A stretch of DNA of 64,000 bases from the NCBI GenBank assembly GCA_905178155.1, contig CAJINV010000010.1, positions 3,244,587-3,308,586 of the forward strand, read 5' to 3'. Positions 1 through 12,309 of this stretch are shown piece by piece. The stretch comes from Amoebophrya sp. A120 (lineage: Eukaryota > Protista > Dinoflagellata). The notes under the pieces were generated by a model. It ran no database searches. It was not told the origin of the DNA and worked only from the letters and a program-made list of their open reading frames with translations. Every line of letters begins with the position of its first letter. The stretch's first letter is position 1. Made by a program: the position numbers and the translations under genes.

Positions 1-1590
1 GGCTTTCAATAAGCCACAGTAACACTTTTTTTACTACGAGCTGAATCTTCTTTCTACCACCTCCTGCAAGACCTGCGGGCGTGGCTGGTAGAAAGAAGAA
101 TCAGGCGCGGAAAACAAAAAGCGTTGCTTTTGAGGCTTTCAGTAAGCCAAAGCAGCGATTTTTTTGCCACGAGCTGAATCTTCTTTCTACCACCTCCTGC
201 AAGACCTGCGGGTGTGGCTGGTAGAAAGAAGAAACAGGCGCGGAAAACAAAAAACGCTGCTTCAAAGACTTTCAGTAAGCCAAAGCAACATTTTTTTTGC
301 CACGAGCTGAATCTTCTTTCTACCACCTCCTGCAAGACCTGCGGGTGTGGCTGGTAGAAAGAAGAATCAGGCGCGGAAAACAAAAAACGCTGTTTCTGAG
401 GCTTTCAGTAAGCCAAAGCAAAACTTTTTTTACCACGAGCTGAGTCTTCTTTCTACCACCTCCTGCAAGACCTGCGGGCGTGGCTGGTAGAAAGAAGAAT
501 CAGGAGCGGAAAACAAAAAACGCTATTTCTGAGGCCCAAAGCAACGCTTTTTTTGCCACGAGCTGAATCGTCTTTCTGCCACCTCCTGCAAGACCTGCGG
601 GCGTGGCTGGTAGAAAGAAGAATCTGGCGCGGAAAACAAAAAACGCTGTTTCTGAGGCTTTCAATAAGCCAAAGCAACATTTTTTTTACCACGAGCTGAG
701 TCTTCTTTCTGGCACCTCCTGCAAGACCTGCGGTCGTGGCTGGTAGAAAGAAGAATCAGGGGCGGAAAACAAAAAACGCTATTTCTGAGGCTTTCAATAA
801 GCCAATGCCAAAGCAACGCTTTTTTTGTCACGAGCTGAGTCTTCTTTCTCCCACCTCCTGCAAGACCTGTGGGCGTGGCTGGTAGAATGAAGAATCAGGT
901 TTGGAAAACAAAAAACGCTGCTTCTGAGGCTTTCCGACATTTTTTTTGCCACGAGCTGAATCTTCTTTCTACTACCTCCTGCAAGACCTGCGGGTGTGGC
1001 TGGTAGAAAGAAGAATCAGGCGCGGAAAACAAAAAACGCTGTTTCTGAGGCTTTCAATAAGCCCAAGCAACATTTTTCTTACCACAAGCTGAATCTTCTT
1101 TCTACCACCTCCTGCAAGACCTGCGGGCGTGGCTGGTAGAAAGAAGAATCAGGCGCGGAAAACAAAAAACGCTGTTTCTAAGACTTTCAGTAAGCCAAAT
1201 CAACGCTTTTTTCACCACGGGCTGACTCTTCTTTCTACCACCTCCTGCAAGACCTGCAGACGTGGCTGGTAGAAAGAAGAGTCAGGTGCTGAAAACAAAC
1301 AACGGCGTTTCTGAGGCTTTCGGCAAGCCAAAGCAACGCTTTTTTTACCAGGAGCTGAATCTTCTTTCTACCACCTCCTGCAAGACCTGCAGACGTGGCT
1401 GGTAGAAAGAAGAATCAGGTGCGGAAAACAAAAAACTGCGCTGTCTGAGGCTTTCAGTAAGCCAGAGCAGCATTTTCTTGTCCACGAGCTGAATCTTCTT
1501 TCTACCACCTCCTGCAAGACCTGCGGGTGTGGCTGGTAGAAAGAAGAATCAGGTGCGGAAAACAAAAAGCGTTGTTTTTGAGGCTTTCAG
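1..1590. repeat. Tandem satellite, ~133-bp unit, ~12 copies, runs off the left edge
   Basis: GAGCTGA(A/G)TCTTCTTTCT-like anchors recur at ~38,171,305,438,560,693,832,953,1087,1219,1352,1486; each unit has the inverted pair CTGAATCTTCTTTCTACCA / TGGTAGAAAGAAGAATCAG. Confidence 0.95.
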
Positions 1591-2144
1591 ATCCGGCCAG
1601 CTGGTCAGGATCCTGGTTCCGTCCCACTAGTCACCCACCCGGCCGGGCGGGTGAGAAGTGGGACGGCCACAACTCGTCAGAATTTGTTACCCCGCTCTAA
1701 GATGAAGGAGCTGTACTGTATTCTTGCTATGCGTAGTATCCGCGGAAGTAGGAGCACCTGCATTAGTACGAGGACTATGAAACTTCTCTTGCACAATAGC
1801 ATAACAGCTTGTAGCGCGCAATTCATCAAAACCGCGATGTGACCGGGGACGCAATCGCTCACGTAGCCCGGATCGGTCCACTTCGCTTTTTCTTTTTGGT
1901 TGAACATCACTTGGAAACTGTTTTCTGCAATGGTGATCCCCGTGGAGTTATGCAGTGCAAAAATAAAGACATGACCTCCTAGCTCTAGCACCAGCACTCG
2001 CATGACAATTTTCTTTCTTCGGACGAAGCGCCGAACTTTACAATGGATGCTGAGTCATCGAAGCAGAAAAAGGCAAGAATGCTGTATCATATTTTCATGC
2101 ACCATCACAATCAGTTCTTGTAACAAGTACTACATTAAGCACAA

Positions 2145-2951
2145 TCAGCACTTTAATTTTTGCAGAGGATAGGCGTCGATCTCGTTCGCAATCCGTTTTT
2201 TCGTGGCGTCACTCATCTTCTGCTGCTTTTCCTTTTCCTGGGACGAAGAGGATCCAGCTGAGGATGGAGGAGGAGCAGCAGCAGTTCCCATCTGCTCCTC
2301 TAAAAACTCGGATTCCAGCGAAGTAATCATGTCATCTGCATCGCCAACCTGTTTCTCCTCATCGTGAAGAAGATCTTCCTCTGTGTACTCCCTATCGCCC
2401 TTGGGGCAGTCGTTGGAGTTTTTCAAGATCAAATCCCGTATCGTTAGGAACCTTGGGTCCGAGAGATCCTGCTTCGCCATCAGCTCTGGCAGATCAGGAA
2501 CGAGAATTTGATGCATGTCGAACGAGGTGCGGACCCAGAGTTCGTAGTGGATGTGGCAGCCGCAGGACTGGAGGTACGGATCGTGGACGCTGTTCAGCCT
2601 GGCGGGCCTGAGATCTTCAAGAACAGGCGAAGTAAAGGCGGTCGTGGTCGCGGGGACGTAGCTTGAACTTGATGCTGCAGCTTGGTGCACGATGTTAAAT
2701 TGCGAACAATCCGTTAGCATAGTAGCTGCGACCAAGGCACATGCCGCTCTTGAGATTCCTTCTCGCCACCAGGGGCCGCGACGACATCTTCGTGACGGCA
2801 CCGTATCCGTACATAATGTTTTGTCCGGTATAGTTCCATGGATGTAGGGGAACGTCCCGTGTCGCGCGATGACCGCCGCCCTGTCTTCATTCGACATCTT
2901 CTTCACAGATGTCCTTCTGCACGCACTCATTTTCGTGAGTTTCTTTCCCAC
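2145..2951 (-). CDS. Hypothetical protein (268-aa ORF, possibly an exon of a larger gene or TE remnant)
   Basis: Long ORF with protein-like composition and acidic C-terminus; no recognised motif. Confidence 0.4.
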   Translation of the reverse strand: MGKKLTKMSACRRTSVKKMSNEDRAAVIARHGTFPYIHGTIPDKTLCTDTVPSRRCRRGPWWREGISRAACALVAATMLTDCSQFNIVHQAAASSSSYVPATTTAFTSPVLEDLRPARLNSVHDPYLQSCGCHIHYELWVRTSFDMHQILVPDLPELMAKQDLSDPRFLTIRDLILKNSNDCPKGDREYTEEDLLHDEEKQVGDADDMITSLESEFLEEQMGTAAAPPPSSAGSSSSQEKEKQQKMSDATKKRIANEIDAYPLQKLKC

Positions 2952-4407
2952 GACCGCTGGGTCTCCCCCGTTCGTGCGGCCCTCTCCTGCTCGGAGATTT
3001 TATTCCATTCCGGTGTAGGTAGTGTTTTACTTAGGCGGTCCGGCAAGCAACGACCCGCATCATCCTCGGGCTTGTGGTTTCCCACAAAATCTGTATCAAA
3101 TCATTTGATTTTTACAAGAGTCTGATCTACTCTCGACGCAGCCTTCATGCAACAGAGCGATTTTCTCATGAAATGGAAGGCGCGATCAAGATGAACGGAA
3201 ATAAAAGCAGTGTCGAAAAATAAAAGGGAAAGGCTCAGACACACAAAAAATGAAAAACTCGTACAACTTCTTCGAGATGCAACCCAAAACAGAATCTGCA
3301 AAAATCTGGCCTAAAACAAAACGAAAAAACGAGAAACAGCCCCACTTCCAAAACCAAAAGAAAATTGATGAGAGAACGAATGCAAGAGCCGCACAATAAA
3401 CTTTTCTGGTCACTCTGAATTGTGCTCTGCTGGGGTAGTAGTCAGGATCATGAAAATTCAAATTTTTCTGTCGTGCTTCTTTCTGATCTCCCTCAAAAAG
3501 CAAAGATCACAAAAGATGGAATGAGCACCTCTTCTTGCTGGAGAGGTGTTGATCAATGCGAAGAACGAGTGCTTGCGCTTGTCGTGGGCCCTCGTCCCCT
3601 CCATGGACGTGCTCACGAACAGAAGAATCTCCCCCCGTTTCTTACTAGGAGGTGACCCTCACAATGAGTCCTAGCTTCTCTACTTGCCTCTATCGATTTT
3701 TTGATTTCTTTGTCAAAAACTCCAAGCAAATTTTTGTACAAGTGGTTTTCAGTGCAGAGAGTCAAGTCCATCACCATCTCCATCTTCAAACTCATTTCTA
3801 GCAGAAAGCACAATGAAAATTTACAGGGTCGATGTGTAGGTAAATGACTTTTACCATGTAGAAGGAACATTGCCAAGAAACGTGAATATCGTCAAAAAAA
3901 AAGTGTAACCGTATATGTCAGATTTTTCCGTGTCAAAAAGTAAAAGGTTCAGACTCGGCAGAGTAGATAGAATCTGCCGTGCTGTAGTGTGTAGTCTTAG
4001 CGATGAAACTAACTTGATGAACAAACTGGTACTAGATGAAGTGGATTTTAACAAAAGTATTGTACATTTGGATTTGAATTTAACACTAACTCTGAGAAGC
4101 AAAAATTGCAATACAACGACCTTCTCCGCCCGGCTTAATGATCCCGCTCTTCCACGTAGAGACTTTCGAAAGGGTAGAGCTCCGTCTTGTGTCCGTACTT
4201 CGTGCTGAAGCTCTTCCCCGTGACCTGTGGTCTTGTTTATTTCTGATGCTAGATCTGATGCAACACGGGAACAATTTCGTTTAGTTGATGTTCCTCGGGA
4301 TGCATAGCGTAGAAGTACATGTATTCCTTACTGGACTCAAGAGCCGGCGCTTTAGTCCCCTCAGCATGCTATGCACCAAAACCTACGTAGTACTTCAGGA
4401 AAACAAA

Positions 4408-6048
4408 TTATGAAGCGAAGCGAATTTCTCTATATACCGAGATTCTGCTGTCGTTTCTGTACCCCTGGTGGCAGTAGGGCCGGCGCAGAAAGTTGGGATT
4501 TTTCCACAAATCATCTCCCATCCGCTCATCCGCTGTCCGTTGGTAGTACTCCGCCATCTCCTTGTACAGGCTCGGCTTCGCCTTCTCCGGTTGGTTTATC
4601 GTATTTAAAAACGTTCCCACCCCAGAGTTGTAATGCAAATCTGCATGCTGAAAATGTTTCTCATGCGGAGCCCCATGAGAAGCATTTTCGAGTTGTGTTT
4701 TGGAATTTGCCATGCTCCAAGTCCAATCAGCAAGATATACTAGATCTGTGATGCTGCTGATGAAGTACCTCAAACAGCACTACACTACGAGTCCAAATTT
4801 GTCATGCGAAACAGCCAAAACTTGCGGATTTGTCTAGCCGATTCCGCATCTTGACTATGGGGTGGGGACGTTTTGACATAGGATATGGTTCCGCACGTTC
4901 TCTTCTCGCGTGGAGAAGATCTTGCTGCACTCCTTGCCGAGGTGCGTGATGCCGCCCCCAATGATGTTCTCCGCCTTTTTCCCGGGGAAGTAACCCATGT
5001 AGCCGGGCACGCAGGACACCGAGTAATTGGACATCACTTTCTTCATGGCGGGTTTTTCTTCGGTGGAAAACACTATGGCGTTCTTAAGTGTTACACTCTC
5101 AACTGTTACATGGATTTGTAATGCAAGAATAACAAAAGTGCAAGGGGAAGATTTCGCTTTTTGCATTACAGGTTTGGCACAGATTTAGATGCTGTTTAGC
5201 CTTTCGGAAATTTGTCATGCGAAGCAGCTTGATGATGTAGATACTGATGAGAGTTTTGCATGACAAATCATGTAACAGTTGAGAATGTAACATTTGAGAA
5301 CTCCATAAACACGTCCTTTGGGGTGTAGGTTTTTGTCCACTCGGCTGGCACGTTGAAGTAGTCCGCTGGCTTCGATTTCTGGGCTACTGGCTTGTGGTAT
5401 GGAGAGAAAAAAGTCCGTCACAGTCACTAACACAACACTAACCTGCAGGCTTTGCATTACAAATTTTCTCAGCGTCACAAACTTTCCTTGTATTGCAGAA
5501 ACACTAGGGAAATCCCTAATGAAGTTTGGCTGTGATGCATTTTTACGCATGACAAACAATTTTGTATTGCAAGAATGCGTATGAGTGATCGTGACGAACT
5601 TTTTTTCTTCGATATGTGGTGCTCGCTTTCTATTCGGGAGGGCTTGCTCTGCACCAACTTGCCGGACCTTGCGTGCACGTCTGCCGCGGGCTGTCCATAC
5701 CTAAGGGATTTTTGCTTGTATCAATGCACTTTTGCATTTGTTCCATTTGCAGATGCATCCTCATCCTCTATCAGTGAAGAAAGTTTTACTGGGAGCAGTA
5801 ACAGTAAGAAAATTTTACTGGCTCTGCGGGTATTTTGTTGGCATGTAGCCCGTGTAGCCGGGGATCGACCCGTTGTGACAGCACTGCAAGTACTCGTAAT
5901 CAACTTTTCCCTTGTGCATTGGCGCACCATGTTCCATCGGGAGGGGCATTGCGCCGCGGCCCCATTTTTGACTCTGGATGACGGCTTGCTCCACCCGGTG
6001 CAGCGCCAGCTTCTCCTGCTCGGACTTTTGCTGCAAGGCGTACGGCAT
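4408..6048 (-). CDS. FAM166/CIMIP2-like ciliary microtubule inner protein; one GT-AG intron (5701-5818) and 3 introners
   Basis: Repeated PGYxGYxP motifs (IPGYTGYMP, VPGYMGYFP); joins across the intron (..PQSQ|YGQP..) and introner 4597-4885 (..RNQPE..) are in frame. Confidence 0.65.
4597..4885. mobile_element. Introner family D
   Basis: TAT..ATA TIR (AAAAACGTTCCCACCCC), TSD TGGTT; frame restored. Confidence 0.9.
5074..5307. mobile_element. Introner family C
   Basis: TIR TATGGCGTTCT..TCTCAACTGTTACATG, TSD AACAC. Confidence 0.9.
5398..5614. mobile_element. Introner family G
   Basis: TAT..ATA, TSD TGTGG; reverse-oriented relative of 36915-37123. Confidence 0.85.
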
Positions 6049-7084
6049 GTTTGTACGACAAGATAAAATGCGCTACAAAACAAAAAACAAAGAAAGAAAG
6101 CAACCTGCGTGGAGGTCAGTTCACGAATAGATACCCCTCCCAAGTACTTCTACCCTGCTTACTTTAGTCCTCGGCGCAAAAAAACGGCCTGCGTCTTGAA
6201 ATCTTCAAGAGTTCATTGATGAAAAATAAATGCGATACAGAACCAGAATAATCGTGCTCACATCTGCATTTTTGCGTGGTTCGGTAGACGTAAGAGCAAG
6301 AAATTATTAACTTGTCCCAACGTTAGGATTGTATCAAGGGAATGTTGAAAAGACAAACCGACATAAATCAGAAATGGTTCTGTGGTCGCGTAGAAGTAGA
6401 ACCAGTATCGACCTTGGGCTTGCCTTGCCACGCTTATACATACGGATATTTTTGCCCTCCTGGTGGATCATGTGATAACTACGTCTAACATGTTATGATG
6501 TACTACACTACATGTCATGTAGGACTAGCAGTGTCATCTAGTGCTAGTGATCGTTCGAAAAAAACGTACCTCTAGCTGTACTTCTTATTGCACGAGACTC
6601 CCTGAATATTTCTTGAAAGAAGAAGAACGACGAAGAAGAACCGCGAAGAGTTTTTGTAAACAAAGCGAGACAACGATAACGATTGTTCTTCCCAGAGGAC
6701 CCCATAATTTCACGTTCGTTGTCGGGCGGTGATGAAGAGGTCAGTGCTGTGCGCTTTCATCTGATTCAAATTTTTTCCGGTACTGATACACGTTTCGTAT
6801 GTGAATACAAGTACACCAGGACCAGCCGCGTTTTGATGGTTTATTTCAGGATAATTATTTAGTGCTTTATTTTTCAAACTGTGGTCACAGAGACTTGGTA
6901 CGAGACAGATTCTGATCAACATACTGATCGATATTTTCTCGGGTCAGCATTTAATCATTTATAGTACTGGTCCCATACTTCACCCGACCAATAGGTATCG
7001 TTGAAGGCTTTCTCGTACGGCAATTCCCACCACATCAGGTCTCGTCCAGAACCTCCGCTATCGTAAGAAACAAGTGTCTCAGTC

Positions 7085-10000
7085 TCAAACCTTTATTGCA
7101 GACTCAGCAATACAAATTTGCGAAGCAAGAAACAAAAAATCTCTGATGCGTTCAACTTCAAACAGCAACAAGGAAAATAAAAACCATATGACAGACGCGT
7201 TTCTGGCATGTCGCGCATGACAAAAAACTGTTTCAAGGTCAAGGAAGTTCCGCATTACAAGTTGAGAAGGAGACGCCAGTTTTTTCTTGCGATATCCGCT
7301 ACCGCACGACGCCTGAGCCGTGCTGTTGTAGAAGGGCATCAAGTAGTCCGCGTAGGTGCCGCAACTCGGCGTCCACCACCAGGCAATGTCCATCAGGCTC
7401 CCAACCCCGTCTGCAATGGGTGTAAAGGGGTCCTTTCCGGTGGTGGTAAACTGGGTGCCCGGGGTGCCCACCGCATGGTTTCTTTTATCGAAAAAGCCGT
7501 GCCAGTTTTGGAGCATGGGCCAGACCGGCAAGCCAAACACGAACAGCATCGCCAGCACCTCCGACACAAACACCGCCCGCGGCAGCCGAAGACTGGCGGC
7601 CTGTGGAATGAGGCGGCCGCCAGCCGCCTCGCCCGTGTACTGTTCATCTGAGTCCGACTGCTGCAGAACGTGACACAGAACGGCAAACACAGCACAGAAA
7701 AACCACCCGAGAACGAGACACAGCGCTCGCGGGAAATACTATGAGAGTGCACAACTCCCCCTCCCCCTCATTAGTCATGCAAAAGCCAAAATCCAAGTGC
7801 TTCATCCCCGCTGGCACTGTATGCATGAGAGATGATCCCAGAACAAGCCCAAACAGTACTACACTAGGCGCATAAATTTGCCATGCACAGGCTCCACGTG
7901 ATGTGCTTGTGCTGGCGTTTGTATAATTCCAGCTTTTCATGCAATACAAATGAGTGGGAGGGTGGGGGGGGTTCAGGTTCTTGTGCACTCTCATAAATAC
8001 AGCCACGGGTAGCGAAGCACCGCTGCCACCTATCCTGTGTAAAAATGTCCCCACCCCATAGTTAAGTTGGGATCTCTGCAACACAGATCCAGGAGTTTTG
8101 GACGCCACGCATGACAAGTTGCAGCCCGTAGTGTAGTGCAGGTTAGCAAGGACAGCCGCATTACAAATCGAGATGCGTATCCTGTTTACAGCATTACAAA
8201 TTCCAGAACACGACTGGAAATGCCCATCATCGGGATGCGCATCACAAATGTTCTTGTCATTGCAAATCTGCATGACAACTCTGGGGTGGGGATATTTTTA
8301 CATAGGATACCACCTGCATGTCGTGGTTCCCGCAGAAACCGCTTTGCGCCTGCTATTGAAAGGAAAAACTCCCCCTCCGAAAATTTCCGAAAATTTGCGT
8401 TGCTGATTCGCTGCCACAAATCCCGTTTGTCTTGCAAGAAGACAAGGGTAGAAGCTTCCGCCCCATTATGGAAGCGATTTGGCATGCTGTTGGGCCTAGA
8501 GGGCAGCCGTTTGCAATGCTGAACGACTAGACCCAAACGCCCCCACCTAGGCCGGGGATCTGGCCGCATCAGTGCCTTCCTGCAATACGTACCTTTATTG
8601 TGTACACAAATCCAGCATCAGAAATTCCGTTTTGATATGGGGAGGGGGGGTAAATTCTTTTCGATACTTGCGCGAGCGACCAGAGCGCTTCCTGCAGGTT
8701 TTTCCCCTGTAGCTCCCGTCGCTCCTGGGCATTCGGGCCGAAGAGGGCCAGTCGTAGGTTGACATTTTCGCTCCAGAGCAACTGCCTCGTTTCGAAAATC
8801 AGGAGCAGACCCATCGCGAAAAGCACTACCCGATGTAGCTGTATCATGTACTTTATGCATTGCAAAAGTATAATCGTGCTAGTATAAATTGCATCCCAAA
8901 TTTGTGCAAGAAGGAAAGCGGAACTTGTAATGCTGTTTTGCCTTTCAGAAAAACATTTGTCATGCATTATATTCGCAATTAGTACGAGTATGATGCTTTT
9001 GCACAGGATATACTTGCGAGTCCGCTGGTCGTGCATGGCGGACACCCGATCACCGGACGACTTGGTGCGCCGCGAGTTTTTGCTCATCTTGCTGCCACGA
9101 GGACCACTACTTGTGGAACTACCCACTACGCCGACGTCCTGTGCTGGTCCCGCCAAGCGCGGCTGCTCAGGAGACAGAGGAGTAGAATTATTGTTCTTGG
9201 CTTCATCGTGGTTCGCGGGGTCGTGGTGCCGTTTGTCGAGGTCCACCTTGTTAATATCGTCGCCCCCATCGTCCACCTGCTCCTCTTCCTCGTCGTCATA
9301 GGTTGCGCTTGGATATGGAAGCGTCAGGATTCAAATTGTCAAAGTTGAAATAGTTTGTGATGCATAAAATGCAACCCACAGAGTGCCTGTCTTGCAGAGT
9401 ACGCAAGGGAGGCAGATTGTAAGCCTGTTGAGAGGTAAAAATAGAGCTGCTACAGTAGCATGACAAAAGGCGTCTTCCTTATCCAAACAGCATTACAAAC
9501 TGGATTTAGGCACCACCAAGATTTGTCATGCGCCACTTGAAAGCTAGGCGCCTACTGGTATCCGTTTTATGCATCACAAATTATTTCAACTCTGACGATT
9601 TCGATCCTGACACTCCCATATTGGAACCGCCGCAGTGATCAACATCAAGACGGGCGTATGCATTGCAAAAGTAATATCGTACTCGTACTAATTGGAGTTA
9701 TGCATTACAAATTTTTTCTTGAAGTAGATCCGCATTACAAATTGAATTTGTAATGCTGAGCCCATTTGTATTGCAATTTTATGCTAGTACGATGATTTTG
9801 CATTGCATAGGGCGGAAAGATCAGCCACGCGACCCGCAGTGCAATGCTCCAGAAACGCTCCGTCTGGAGTGCTGCCAGATACAAGATGTCCTTCCCTCCA
9901 GGCGTGTGGTACATGTTCGCTTCGTCGTGGTGATCAAGCCATCCTCCTCGGTGGTCATTGTGGAGGTCGTTTGCTCCGAAATGCCGGTCTTGGTGCTCCT

Positions 10001-12309
10001 CGTTTCCCTTGCTTTCGGCCACGCATTCCCGGTCGTAGAGCACGAGCGTGTAACGCGAAAGAAGAACACAGACCTCGTTGATGATCAGGCAGGTCGTGAA
10101 GATGAGGCCCTCCGCGCTGTCCGCGCGCTGCGTGACGGACGATAGCGTTATGGAAGCGTGAGGATTGAAATCCTCAAAGTTGAAATAATTTCTCATGCCG
10201 AAATTGCAAGGCATGAAGTGCCTCTCTTGCAGGGATTGCAAATGGGGCCGCTTGTGAGCCTGTTGCGGGTTTGGAATAGATATAGAGCTGCCAAAGTAGC
10301 ATGACAAAAGGCGCCTTCTGTCCCTAAACAGCATGACAAACTGGCTTTAGGCGGTTCCGAAATTTGTCATGCGCCGCTGGGAAATTGGGCTTCCAGCTGG
10401 TACCTATCCTCGATTTTATGCATAATCTACAAATAATTTCAACTTTGACGATTTCAATCCTGACGCATCCATAAGCGTTCCCATTCTGGTAAAATTCCAC
10501 GGCATCACGTAGTACAGCCGAGCACGCGCCCGCCGCACGCCGGCGGCAAGCCCGCTTTCGGTTCTGGCTGCGCCGTGGCCGCGGCCGTGGCCACGCGCCG
10601 GCACCGGGTCCCGCTCGACGTCGGAGTGGTCTCCCGGCACCTCCACGCCGTTATCCTGAGTAAAAACGTCCCCACACCATGGGCAAGATGGGAAATTTTT
10701 TTTCCAAGATAGGCAATCGGCAACACAAATCTCCAAGTCTTGGGAGTTCTGCATGACAACTTTCCATCTGCAGTGTGCTGCTGGTTAGCAAGGAAAGCCG
10801 CATGAGAAAGCCATTTAGTCATGCCGTTTACAGCATTACAAATTGCAAAACACGAATGCCTCTCAAGGAGATGCGCATTACAAATGTTCCTGTCATTGTG
10901 CATTTGCATGACAACTCTACTGGGGTGGGGACGTTTTTACACCAGATAGCCGTCCGGAGGGAGGTACTCGAGTGGAAGGAACACCAGGCGGGAGGTATCC
11001 TGAGTAAAAACGTACCCACACCAGAGTCAAGATGGGGAATCGGCTAGACAAATCCACAAGTTTTGGCTGTTTTGCATGACAAATTTGGATTCGTAGTGTA
11101 GTGCTGTTTGAGCTAGCTCAGCAGCATCACAGATCTAGCATACCATGCTGATTGGAGCATGACAAATTGCCAAACACCACTAGAAAATGCTTCTCATGGA
11201 GCTCCGCATGAGAAACATTTTCAGCATGCAGATTTGCATTACAACTCTGGCGTGGGTACGTTTTTGCTCAGGATAGGAGGGGAGCACAATCCCGATCACC
11301 ACCGCTATGTAGCCGCAGGCGAGTAAAACGATCGTAAAGGTATACTCCAGCTTGGACAGGGCCAGCAAATACGTCAACGTCCACTCCGCCACGGTTTCGA
11401 GCAGCGCCAGGAGGTCGCGGACGACCCGAAAACCCAGCTTGCTGTTCTCGCGCACGTATGCATTGCAAAAGCAAAAGTATCGCACTCGTATAAATGCATT
11501 ACAAATTTCCGCAGCATGAGAAATCAAATTTGTAATGCGGAATGAGAATCTGTAATGCGGAATTACCTTAAGAAGAAGAACAGGATTTGTAATGCATGAC
11601 TGCAATACAAGCACGATACTTTTGCACAGGATAGCACGTCCGCCACGTCGCGGGCGCAGGTCTTGGCGCTCGTGCGGAGCTCTCGGTTCGCCCGCTGCAG
11701 GTTCGCTTTTGTCGCGTTCAGCTGGATCACCATGGATGTCAACGAGGTCTCTGACGCCTGCAGCGCGGCCACGGACGCTTCCCACTGCGCAAGCTGCTGC
11801 GCAGGAGCCAAAAGGCCTTGCTGTCTTGTTTGCGCAGGAGCCGTTTGTAGTTCCTCTTGCAGTTCGTGTTCGTGGTCCCCATGAAGATCATCTTCACGCA
11901 ATAAAACCGGCCGCTGCTGCTCGCCAGGTTGTAGTATCTGCAACGCCGAGCCGACTTTTTGATGTCGTGGTTCTACTGCTGGATCATTCTCTTTGTTGTT
12001 GTGCTCCCCGTGCTTTTGAGGAGGTGAAAATCTCGTGGCTAACAAGAGTTCTCCGGAAGACGAAGTAAATTGGCGCTCGAAAATTTTGTTTCCCTCCACC
12101 GCGGCCCAGCAACCGGGGAGTAGAAATAAGCCACGACCAGGAGATGATGAACTTAAATTATCCAGCAATCCACATCCAGCGCAGTAGAGTACAACCAGGA
12201 CGAACAAAACTACATGCTGAACCACGGAACTAGAAGCCCTGCTACGTCCTTCTCCCTGGCGGGAAGACACCAGGAGGAGCTTCAACATGTTCTTGGAAGT
12301 TGTTGTCAT
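7085..12309 (-). CDS. Hypothetical multi-pass membrane protein with N-terminal hydrophobic segment and coiled coil; 10 introners; 3' end uncertain
   Basis: ORF pieces between introners have hydrophobic helices; junction 11457-11633 joins DVADV|RENSK in frame. Confidence 0.55.
7740..7995. mobile_element. Introner family H
   Basis: TIR TATGAGAGTGCACAA, TSD AATAC. Confidence 0.85.
8031..8309. mobile_element. Introner family D
   Basis: TIR TATCCTGTGTAAAAATGTCCCCACCCC, TSD CCACC. Confidence 0.9.
8354..8666. mobile_element. Introner family F
   Basis: TAT..ATA, GGAAAAA-CCCCCTCC ends, TSD CCTGC/CTTGC; similar to 17514-17834. Confidence 0.8.
8854..9010. mobile_element. Introner family B
   Basis: TATnnnnTGCAAAAG ends, TSD TACTT. 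Confidence 0.9.
9314..9620. mobile_element. Introner family E
   Basis: TIR TATGGAAGCGTCAGGAT, TSD TTGGA. Confidence 0.9.
9657..9809. mobile_element. Introner family B
   Basis: TIR TATGCATTGCAAAA, TSD GGGCG. Confidence 0.9.
10149..10473. mobile_element. Introner family E
   Basis: TIR TATGGAAGCGTGAGGATTGAAAT, TSD AGCGT. Confidence 0.9.
10652..10948. mobile_element. Introner family D
   Basis: TIR, TSD GCCGT. Confidence 0.9.
10996..11275. mobile_element. Introner family D (opposite orientation to 4597-4885)
   Basis: TIR TATCCTGAGTAAAAACGTACCCAC, TSD GGAGG. Confidence 0.9.
11457..11633. mobile_element. Introner family B
   Basis: TSD GCACG; frame restored. Confidence 0.9.

Noticed and set aside
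54-1565. ORFs with recurring peptides (HPQVLQEVVERRFSSW)
   Set aside because: Translations of the satellite; indels between units break the frame
1-1590. CRISPR array (palindromic repeat with regular spacing)
   Set aside because: The intervening sequences are homologous, not unique spacers; no cas genes; eukaryotic context
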